This document shows, piece after piece, positions 26,601-38,600 of a stretch of 64,000 nt of DNA; positions within the stretch are counted from its first letter, which is position 1, and each line of letters begins with the position of its first letter. Source of the stretch: Phoronis australis (Eukaryota > Animalia > Phoronida); the NCBI GenBank assembly GCA_002633005.1, contig NMRA01000228.1:121685-185684 (forward strand). Reading direction: 5' to 3'. The translations under genes and the position numbers were made by a program. Below the pieces are notes generated by a model that saw only the letters and a program-made list of their open reading frames with translations, did not search any database and was not told the DNA's origin.

Positions 26601-29600
26601 ATGTGTGGAAAACAACATCCCCATTGTTGTGATTCAAGGGTCAGGACGGGCTGCTGACTATATTGCTATGGCGTTTAAAGAAACAAAGCCGAAAGACATG
26701 TGAGTTTGATGGTATCATGCTATCAGTTACCAGATGTTTATTTCTGCATAGTTGTTGTTGCTCACTGCCATTGATGTCATGTGACAATTCTAGAATTTTT
26801 CATGCACATAACATTAAAATGGACAAGTTTAAACTATGAATAATGCTGCTACTACAGGGCTCGACTCTATTAAAATCGCGAGGTCGCAATTTGTGATCTA
26901 GCCAACAAACCAGGTCGCATTTTCAAAATCCAGCTCACATTCATAAATGCCAGGTCGCAAAATTTTCTTGCCATTTTTACACTCCAAAATTGACTTTTTA
27001 GATAATCGAGAAATGTTTATATTAATAATATGCGTTAAACACTCACAAATTGCAGATTGCAAAATTGAGTTTGTTTATGTAGGTACGGCGTTACTGTTCT
27101 TCACGACCGCCATTGAAAGAATTTAGAGCGCATGGCGAGTTGTCGACGTGAAAGTTGAATCAGTGCTCTCTAACTGAAACGTGCATTCGAGTAGCTAAGT
27201 TTTCAATGTGAAAAGGGAGAAAATGCTCGTTGAAAAAGTATCCACGATTTTGTTAGCTCTCACCTGCTACTGGGTGTCATCAAAGTCGCTTAAGATCCAA
27301 ACTAACTCGGAGTGCTAATTCCCTCCACTTTTGGTTCGCAGCCCAAATTTTACAACTTCACTCGACGTTTGAAAAACATCTGTCAAAAAAAATTCGTGAA
27401 ATGGTGCCCTAACCAAATAACGTATTTGGATGTATGGGAACAATTCAGTGCATATTTCACAACAAAAATGTGGTACTTATGCTGTGTACGTACTCAACAA
27501 TTAGTTTTCCATGAAATGAATAGCTTTGAAATAATTCCCGACTCCGTGCGGGTTTCCATCGGTTAACTCGAGTTTGCTCCTCAATACCTTCCAAGTGCGG
27601 GAAAAATAGGTCAGTCACAAAATGACACGCATGTCACTAGTGTTAAATTTCTTTCGGAGGTATGAAACAAAGTCGGGATTTGGTTTTTACATATTGAGAA
27701 AAGACGTTTTTTGAATTTGTTGTGTAAAATGAGAGTGACACTCGATACAGGCTGCGTGTCACTTTTAAACCACGCGCAGTCGTTTGTAGTACGCTGTGAT
27801 GAGCGCTAGCCTGAAATGTCATGTCGTGAACACATCCACTAGCACAAGAAATTGTTGGAACACCGCATTTATCCACCTTCACTCTTATCAGGCTTCTATT
27901 GTGAGTCAGCATGCGTGAATAATTGGCTGATAAGCCACCTCTGGAACTACTTTTGGCTGAATGGATGACGAGGCCATAAAATGATAATTAGCCAAGACCA
28001 GTTACTATAATGCAACAAAGAATAATGTCTTGCTTCACCTAGCCTTGGTGGAAAGCTGTATAGTGTATTGGCTGTAATAAACGCTTAGAAAAATTCATTT
28101 CACGTGGAGGTTATTCTTATTGTAGCCTACGGCAGTTGAAACCCGGTTTCCCAAATGGGTAAAATCGGAAGCTAGGATTCATCAAATTTACGCTCTGTGA
28201 TTTTTAGCCTATGACAGTCTTTCTACAAAATTGTGGTGCATTGCTATGAACTTCCGTTGTTAAATTACGATAATTTTTCAAAAAATTGTGCTCATCACAG
28301 GGCGAAAACTTGCCGACTGATGCGTCGCTGAATCGCCATCGTCAATAGGAAAACTTGAACTCTTGAATAAAAATATAGTTTCGACTCAACAAATTACCTG
28401 AAATCTTCCTTATGTTTTACAATTTTTAAAGTTCATGTGAAGTCCAGATTAATTGCGATTAAGTCCAAATCTGCGCTACATCTTACCCCACAACACGAGA
28501 AAAATCTCTGGATGAACACACGTGTTGTTGTCACGTGACGTTTGTTTTGAAGTTTGTCTTCGTATGAGAGTGAGTGCCGGAGGGTGCGTGTGTGGGTCAT
28601 CGACGATAGACTTTTTTGTTACAAAAGGCGGAGGATTATGCAGGAAAATGGCGTTTACTAGATTGTTTTTTCATTTAACCTGCTGCACCGTGCAAGGTGA
28701 GTGCTGGTTAACTCACAGATTTTGTGTGCACAGGCCCGACGGTGGTTAGCTCTACCGTGGAGTATAATAGTCCAAGGCTCGATCTACATGTTGGGGACGA
28801 AGTGAACTACCCGGGCTGTGTGAAATTTATGGGTCTAACGGAGACACTGACGCAGTGGTCAGTCAGATCGCTGTATCAAGACTATAGTCAAAATCCAAAT
28901 TCGTTTTATCGTGTCCCTGTCAATAATAACGGCATGCTAAAGTTTCTTAATTTTCGTACTTTAGGAACATAACAATCACGTGTTTTGTACACATACGCGC
29001 ACGCCGCAGATCACATCTCAGAAATTGCCGATTTGACGGATGACAATGAATGAGCACAATGAAATTAAACAACGTCGTTTTACAGCTTGTAAGATTCATA
29101 ATAAACGTATTTTGAATATTGCAATGCATGTGTTCCAAAATCTAGATAACTTGGGTCCTATATTTTTGTATCTGTGCTCGCCGATTGAAAGTAATCGTGA
29201 GTGTTCCTGTGTTGCAAAATCTCTTATCCTGGGCCGATTTGAAAAATTCAAAGTTGTACTCATATTTGTTTTCGCACCTCTTTTCAAATATTACAGTAAA
29301 AACTACTTAAAACTCTCTCCTTAAAAAGTACAGTTTGCTAAGTAGATTGTAATCAGCTGATCATATCCGCATGAGCGAAGCCAATTATCCTCGCTCGTGA
29401 CTCGATGAATAGAGCAGCTTGGCGGCATCCCTTTGATCGTGACCCAAGCGCGACTCAGCCAAGGTGGATAAATACGGTCTAGTTCAATTTTCCATACCCC
29501 ATCGTTTACCTTGACCATTGGGGTTAGGACCAATCCTATTTAGTGGGAATGTTTATAGCATGGTGGGCCCTGTATTGAAAATTCTCAAAAGTTGAGGGGG

Positions 29601-32600
29601 AACACTTAGTATGTCAGTGAGCACTTATTATGAAACGCTTCAAAGGTAGGGAATAGACTTGTGTGTGAGCACAGTCGTTAGTCTCTAGTACCCGGTTAGT
29701 TGCAATAGCTGGCTACGGGAATAGAAAATAGGGAACATCGACCTCGGGAAGCATCGCATGCTCGCACCCAGGGGGGCTCGAAGGAGCCCAAATTGGGCGA
29801 AGTGGGCACAAAGATCCGCCTGTGAGAAACAAAATGTCCGAGAAAATGAGACAGAAGTCGGCTAAACAAATACAAACGCGCAATTCAGAGTGGTGCGTCC
29901 GCTGCTTTTTAGTCCGCCGGCTGTTTTGTTACCAAAAGGTCCACAGCATTAGGAATACGAGCCCCCCATATTGAAGGCTGGGTGCGCGCATGCATCGTAA
30001 CAGGAAAATATCAGCTCTGGGTTATATCGGTACCGGGGAATGTCGTAAAGCATCGGTTTTTTTATAACCGCCGGAAATCTATGAGTTCATACTCAAATGA
30101 ACCACTGGCATGTACGCGGGTGCTTAACAGAGCCAAAACAGTATACCCTTTCATTTAGGACTGTCACTGTTCTCTTTTGATGTGCAGCTTGGAAGTGGTG
30201 CGCATGCGCGAGTTCACGCACTTGAATCGCTGGAGTAGGCCTACACTTTACGTTGGCAACAACGTGTGAATGACAAATCATATTTCGCGCACGTAGCCCG
30301 AGAAACGAATAAAGGGGTTAGAGAATTTCTAGGCAACTGAAAGTAAAGACGTGGCCGTCGTTTGGCGATTAATAGAGTTGACGTTTTCACTTTGGCTGTC
30401 TTATGTGATAAAAAAACGAGACGCACATCTCTAAGTCACGACCAGTGCGTGCCACAGTGCGATATCAGGGAGATATTGTCGTGGATATTTGGAACAAAAA
30501 ATAAACGTATTTCTCCATCACAAAGTTTGGTAAGTTGATCACTTAAGAATAGAAACACCGCTGTTTTATGACGTTTTCTCTCGTGTTATGCAGTGGCTTG
30601 AAAATTTCTTCGACGAATCCGAAAATTTACAAAAGTAGCCGAAAATGTTGGCCAATGAAAGGCGTCAAAGATCGATTCTGCATATCCCATGTTCACGCGA
30701 CTTATTTACAAGTCATCGGGAGGGTTGTTCTCGCTTAGTGTTCTTTTGAACTTGGATTTGGCAACAACCAAATAACGGTCAGATTCACAAGAGTTGCTTT
30801 ATATTTGCCAGGTGAAGTGTAAAAACTCAGCTCGCATACGTTGAAAATTCCAGGTCGCATTTTGTTAGTTGATACGAGCTGACAAAAATCTCAGCTCGCA
30901 TTTCCAAATTTCAGGTCGCAAATGCGACCTCCAGCTCTTTATGTCGAGCCCTGTACTCACAGAACACCCTTTTGTTGTGCTATGTCTTTCTGTGAAGTTC
31001 AAATTCATACACCTGATTGTAGAAATGCTGGATGACTCAATAGTCAAAAGCTGAGACTTTTTAAAATTGTGTTCAGTGGCGTTCAGTATTATGCCTAATT
31101 ATCGCTCATTATCACTAAATATAAATTATTATGCTGCATTAAAAATTCATGCGTCCTGTAGTGGATGAGGACAATTTAGTCACTTTTTGACAAATTCTTA
31201 AGTTAACATTTTGAAATAAATAGATCTTGCACAGTGTGACCATTGCTCTCTCTAGTATCCATGGAAACCAAGTTTATCTTTTACAGCAATGATGATGTGA
31301 CAAAGTATGGACAAGACTTTGTTGATAGGCAACGGCTTCGAGCACTAAAGCTGTTTGAGTGGGCTAATAACATGAGCTCCGATGAGAAGAAACTTCAAGC
31401 TACGACATGTGTGGAGAATCTGAAGAAGTGTCTAAGTAACCGTAGAATGGTGTGTGACATTCATCTTAATTCTTCCTTCGGAGGGTCTCGATTTATATTT
31501 GATTGACAAACCATACAGTTGCAGGTGTTACATTACACATTAAAAGTGCATTAAGACAAAATGGCCCAGAATTCCTCTTCATGACAGCTGAGCACAAGCA
31601 GAGTTCCCGTACTAATGGCTGAGTGCAAATGGAATTCATTATTTGAGTAGCTAGAATGATCCGGGGTGTAACCTGTTATGGTCAAGAAACAATACTTTAT
31701 CCAGTTACTTTTGCTGTATACTCTATAATTTCTCTTGCCCATTACTCTTGCCTATAAATTTTTGATATAATTTAAAAAATGCATGACTTTCTGTATAGAT
31801 CAAAGTTTAGAATATTGTTTTGCTTTAATTTATTTTTCCCTCCTTGGCGCAGTAACTGATTGCCAAATTGCCATCGGCAAATTCTAAATGTATTTGATGA
31901 TGATGATGATGATGAAAAAGCAAATTCAGCTTGCCATTTTGGGTAGCAATTTAATATTTACAATTGATAGCTGTGTCTCGTGAAGTGTATGAATGTGTGT
32001 CCAGTCTGAGTCTGTTTACATTCCTGGTTCACTTGATGATAATTTGAAGTTGCGGCTGTGCAGTGGTTGTAATTGTAATATAGAATCAAGGTTTTTTGTG
32101 TCCTTGCCTTACTTAAGATTTCCCTTTACAAAGCCTTTATGAAAAGAATCTACGTTGACATTCTAACTGGTCGAGATTGGGCAACTCGACCAGTTTGCGT
32201 ACGTCGGTATCTGCCGGCATTGATCAAAGGCACCATGGTGTTGTAGTCTATTACATCGCCTCAGGCTATTGATGTTATCTTTCTCTATGTAATCAGACCC
32301 ATCATAAACACACTGGGGGCAACAATAGTATATTTAAATTTTTGCTTCAAAAGTTTATTGTAAATAGCATATTTGAATAGTTTGTGAAAAGCAGACGTGA
32401 TTAGTTTTTTGAATTTTGAAAGTTGGACAAGAAATGTAACTTTTACAACCTAAGAGGTTTGTATAATGTTGCCATGATATGTTCCTCATTAATCCTGTTG
32501 AATGTGTAACATAATTGGGCCAATTACCAAACCAGTAGGAAGCAGTTGAAGTTTGAGGTAAGCCAAGTGTCATCGTACAAATCTTGACATGCTCCTCTTT

Positions 32601-35600
32601 TGGTTTCAACTCCTAATGACAACACAGCACTTTCTTAACTGAGGCGAGTCCAGATATCAATTTAGTCCATTGCTAAGGATGCCATACTCTTGCATTTCAA
32701 CTCATAAGCCAACTATCCACCACAGTTCAAACAGTTACTAAAACCATTCATTAATGGGTACCAGAGACCCGAGTCTTAGCGCAGATCCCTTATAAACAGG
32801 CCTCTTGACAATGGCGGGAATTTAGTGCTGTGAAATGGGCCAAGTATCTAATGTGTGTTTCCTCGTGTCCCTCATGTTGGTCTGTTGATGTAGTAGCTCA
32901 CTATTCCATGTTGTAAGCTAGTTGCATCATCATAATCTGGTTTTAGCCACATTCTTTCAGCTACAGCTTCTAGTGTGAGTTAGCCATGCAGTAAACTATG
33001 ATGGGAACTTCTTTACATTGAATACCTCAAGGGTTGAGTTTGTGTTGACTAAATCGCCGTCACCAATTTTGAAAATTCAAAAACCTACATAGTCTATCTT
33101 TTCTCCACTATTGATTGCTTTTCATGTCCCAAAAAGAAAATGAAAAAATGTAGCCAGGACGCTTTCAAGCCTTTTATTTAGATATGATCTGATAAGAAAC
33201 AGTAAATTACCCTCACTATGTGACCTAGTGAATAGAGTCACTCTGTTGATGGCTATCCCTCTAGTGAGTCTGGAATGTGTATAGAATGTGGGTTGACCAC
33301 TTGACATTGGAGAAATTCAAAAAATTACTCTGCCAAATCAATCCCATTATCTCGTTTAAAGGGGATGTTTACAGCTTGCAAAATCTGCATTCTTATGCAT
33401 GGTGCTTTAAGCAGTTACCATGCGCTTCAGCACTTTAAGATAAATAATCATGGAAACCCATGTCCACTCAGAGACCAATTCGAATTCAAAGCTCAAAGTC
33501 TTTGTTTTAATTACACTATCAAAACAGCTCCAGATAACAAAAACTGGTTGCATTATTTGGCACAATATGAAGTGCTTCTTTGTCTACAGGTGACAGTGTT
33601 TTACCTAGACGACGGTACCACTAGTGACATGGAATTGGCCATCCTGTCAGCATTGCTCAAGGCAAACAAGACAAATGCTCAGTCCCAACTGGATCTGGCT
33701 ATGGCGCTTAATCGCTGTGACATAGCTCGCACGGAGATCTTCAACTACGCTAATCTTGACTGTTGGAAGGTAAATATCACTATTTTGGTGAACACTTCAA
33801 TGCTAGCAGTGAATTTACATTGATATATAGACTTGTGTACTATTCGCAAAACAGTGGCGGTTTTAGAGGAGGGCCAAGGGGGCCATGGCCAAAATCCTGG
33901 CCAATTCCACCCCCCTCCCCCTGCAAAAAATGTGGAGTTATGTGGAAATTTGCCATGTAGTACACAAGACGCTGAGTCTTTGTTCACCAACGTACCTGTG
34001 GATGAGACCATTACTATCATATTGGATAGTGTATACCGTCACCCACATTTAAAGCGACCCCCTCACCCTGTCATCACATCTCTGAGATGGTTGTGACGGA
34101 GGCAATATTGCTGCTAAAATATTTCTTCTCGAATCGAAGAAAAGCGATTTTTGGTTAGATTGCAAAGAAACTGTTTTCAATTGTACTGGTTCAGTTACAC
34201 AAGGAGAAATAGAGGCTTAACTGTATCTCCTTAATGATGTTAGTTTAACTCGTTTCAGAAAATAAACCTGGAAGAAGCTATGTTCACAGCGCTAGTTCAG
34301 AACCGAGTCGATTTTGTGCAGCTGTTTCTTGATAATGGCGTGGAACCATCCAAGTTCCTGAATATTCAGAGACTTCACGACTTGTTCAAGCAGGTGAACA
34401 CATCACATCACTTACAAGACTTGTAATTCATGATGTGCATTTGAACAATTTAATCAAAATAAAAATTGAAAATGCCAGTTATAATCATCTATAGAATGTT
34501 TCAGTTCCACTGACATGTACATTAAGCAGATAATTGGACTTTCCTCAATGTTTTTCTGTGACCCGTTTTGACTTTTTGCCATGTTGGGTCATCTCACCTG
34601 TCTCTAGTTTAAAATAAGCTACAAGTGGTTTCAACTCATCTGAGATTAGTCATTTGTTAAAAACATCAAGACATTTTTTGACATTTGCTCTAGTTCAATG
34701 TAAGGGTTTCAAGCTTTTGTACATTAATACATCAGATAAAAAGTATGATAAAAAGTGTGGAAATGAACGTCCGAAGGTATTTGTAAATTTTGTAACCTTT
34801 ATTAATGTTAGTTTGAATTTTCTGTTGTGAAGTACTCTGAATTTCTGCGTATTTAGTCATTAATAAGAAATCTTCATTCTTTGTTTCAATTACTTAGGGT
34901 ATGTTTTGTGTCATCTTACATGCTACTTTGTTTAATAACTCGGACAACTTCTCAATTGTTATGCAGGTACTGGATGACCCGTCAGTTGATGGTGGGGTGG
35001 AGTATTTTAAATCCTATGTCGATGACACTGCCGATTCTCAACAGGTATCTATTGTCAGAATTTGGTCTTTGTGACGACGGACAGATAACTTAAGGATTAA
35101 AGCAGTCATAACACCACATTCCATCCAAGACCCGAAGTTGTGATTAAAATCACTAGCCTAAGGCCTCAACCTGTTCCTTACTGAGATGGGTTTGTAAAGA
35201 AATGACATGACTTTGTTATTTCTTGAGATTATGCTTGAGAAGATGCATTGTAGAGCCTAGTCTCTGGAAATAACGAATTGTTAGTACTTTCAGAGTCCTG
35301 AAATTGTTAGTTGAAGGAAAATTTTGAGACCAATTTCGTATTCGTTCTTGGTTCAAATCATAGGTCGGTTTTTGGCTTTAAGTTCTGCATGGTTGCATGT
35401 ACAATGTATGCGTATTCATATAACCAAAATTAAGATTTAACGGATTACACAAAATTTAGTCAGTTGGAAATAGGTATTGACAAGTTAATCCATTATTTTA
35501 TTGAATGACTTAAAATGATTGCTTTTAACTTTAAACTGCACGTCCTGTAATTAAGGCGCCAAGTGGTCTGAAAATTGTATACCTAAGTGTACAGGATACC

Positions 35601-38600
35601 TAGGATAAGGCCAAAAAGGCATAGCTGATTCTGTCACTGTTTTTTAAGTCAAGTAAATGTCTTGACAAAGTAGTTTTTAGTTGCTCACTTTTTCAAAAAA
35701 GAAAATCCACCTGAAACCACCAAAAATGATGTGGGATTTTTTACTCGACTCTTACCAGTTCAGAGTGAGGAGAGCTGGCAGCACCGATGTGCCTGCTAGT
35801 ACTTATTGTCCACAGCTCTTACAGATTATCATATGGAATGCACTGGTAATTTTGGGATTTAGCACTCCGGCAATATAGCAGAGCAGTGGAATTCTATTCG
35901 AATAAAGTTAATGAAAAAAGCAACCATTCAGCATAGTTTGCACTCCACTGCTACTGTTGATTTTGATAGCAAAGTGGAGAGCCTTAAGTTAGTAAAATCA
36001 AAAATTTGTCACTTATCTTTGTGCTGAAGAGTGGTAAATCAGGTATTCTTTTGCTCGTGATACTATACCATCACTCACTACACTCGAGGCACCTTTTATC
36101 TTTCAGGTTTGGTGCTCATGCCATTTTGGTTATAAGGACAAGTTTGGTGACCAGAGTAATTTGTTGCACACTATTGGACTATGCTTGGTTAAACTGCTGG
36201 GGGACCACTACCCAAACACGTATGAAGGTAACTATAGTCTTTTTGTGAGCATATGGACCCTTGATACTAATTTCCCCCCCCCCCCTTCTTTCGCCATTTC
36301 GGTCTAGTCCACTAATTCCTTTTTGCCGGACTACACGTCGCTTTCCCAGCCTTCTCATTGGACTATTGTTATCACATGCCTTGAGTTTGGTCAGCTCTTG
36401 GCTCAAATAGTCTGTTGTCAAGTGTTCTTAGGTATTTTCTTTGTTATCCAATATTGTTTTCAGTTCAACTTCTTTTTGATCTTGGCCACATCGTCGTACG
36501 TCATAAAACTTATCATCCATTTTTCCCACTCTCTATCATCGTCTATTCCGGGATTTTCTCGTAGATCCATGTGGCTGGCGCTTTTTATTGCTCATCTTAC
36601 TGGAGATCATTATTTTTTGCTAATTTATTTTGTGTCCTCTATCTATTCCTTGTACTGGTATTCGTCATAATAATGACCTTATATCGCCTACCTTGGTCTT
36701 CTTTTCACCTCTGGTAACGAGATTGCTATGCACCGCACATATCACTAACATATTACTCGGGACATATGTTGATCATAAATGTTTACATAGTACTGATGTT
36801 CATTTTGGCAGGTGCTGACTATCTGGCTTCAGGAGTAGTTAGCCCAAATAATAACTCTGAAACTAGATATCGAGTTGTTAATGAGACACAGAGGAGAGCT
36901 GGAAGAAGTGAAGAAATGCCTCTATCTTCAGTAAGTCATCAAGGTAAGTTTTAAAGTGTCAGTGATATATCATTTTCTCCAAAGGTTTGAAAGACATGTA
37001 ACATTCAAAGAGTTGTAAATGTTTCTTTCTTCTCAGAAATTTAATGGTGTGGTCAAATTGATATCTCATCAATTTCAGTCGGGTAATCGTTCGTAATGTT
37101 AACTCAAATCATTTCAAGCTATTTGGCTGTGCTCATTTTCTTTTTGACCAACCTGATAGTGACGACTTATCAGGAAGGTGACTTTGCAACATAAATCATC
37201 ATTTCGACTATTCAAATTTTATATCAGGTTGTCTGTTAACAAGTTCACATAATCATTTTCGCTGGATATTTTTGGCAAATATTGAGCATGCAGTGTGTCT
37301 ATGTGAAGGTAATGTTACCATAATTCACATATTTGCTCAAAAACAAGTCGCAAATTGTTATTTATGCGCCTTAATTTATCTACTCACGGTGTGGATGCAC
37401 ATTGTAGTCATCTCTCTCTGAAGTCTGTGCCACAACTGTCTCCTAATTTAATGTGTACATCTAAACAATTGAGAATATAACAGGGACGGAGAAAATCTGG
37501 CAACTCATCAATTATGACGAGATAAGTATTCACACACTGAGATAGCTTGTCCATTCAGTTCTATGCTATTCAGCTATTCATTGGGGGGGGGGGTGGCAAT
37601 CAAACAATTTTCTTATCACCAGGACCACGAGCCCTTTGTTAAGATGGCACAGTTGAATGATTAAGAATAGAGTTCTCAAAAAACTACTCTCACTGGTCTT
37701 GCATGTCAATTTCAAAAGACCTTTTAATTGTATGTGAGTAACACCCATGATTTACAACTGTCCAAAATTCTAAGCCACTGTTGGGACTAGTTTGGGACTA
37801 GTTACCCCCAAGCCCAAAATTTCATCCAAAGTGACAACAACAGGACATTTTGTGAGATTTTTTAAGTCACATTTGCTTGCGTCATTTCAGACTGTGGGAT
37901 TCCTGGTCCAAATCAATACAATGATACCAAGTTTGATAATCCTGAGAGGGAGCTGTTACTTTGGGCAGTGCTGCTCAACAGATATGAACTGGCGGAGATG
38001 TTCTGGAAAAGTGGCACTGATCACATTGGTTAGTACATTGTCTACTCTGAAAAAGTTATTTGTTGATAAATCCAGACTGTGGAAAGCTGTTAGCTGTGCA
38101 TTCAAGGCTTGGCTGCACATGATGAGCAAAATCAACATGTTCTACTTGCGATATGGAATAATAATTGCTTGACAGCGTGACTGCCTGACCGTCTCACATA
38201 CTTTACAGATTCTGGTTGGTATGCTGCATTGGTAGAGATTGTTTGTTTGGGTTGTTTTCAGGTACCGCTCTGACAGCTAGTGCCCTCTTCAGGTCATTGT
38301 CTAAAGTAGCCTCATCAGATGAGGTGATCGATCTCAGCCAAGAGTACCTAGAGAATGCAGCGTGAGTTAAGCTTAGCAACACATAATACCTGACCTGAAC
38401 TTAAACTGTTCTTGAAAATTAATGTTCAGGGCTGTTGTTTAGCTGGTTGCAAAGTGCAACCAATAATTTGTTTCTCTGATGAAATTCAATTTTTCAAATT
38501 AATGTCTATTAATTTTTCTATTTGTAATTTTTCGTATTTCTGAACATCACCTGAAGTTTGTTGTCTAAATTTGCTGAGGAGGTGGTAATTTACTGAGAGC

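Noticed and set aside
36260-36780. Purine-rich - strand tract ending in a polypurine/G run, possibly an LTR-element remnant
   Set aside because: No recognisable protein motif or paired LTR; too weak to call.
36925-36949. Second GTAAGT donor at 36931
   Set aside because: It lies 13 nt upstream of the in-phase donor and would frameshift.
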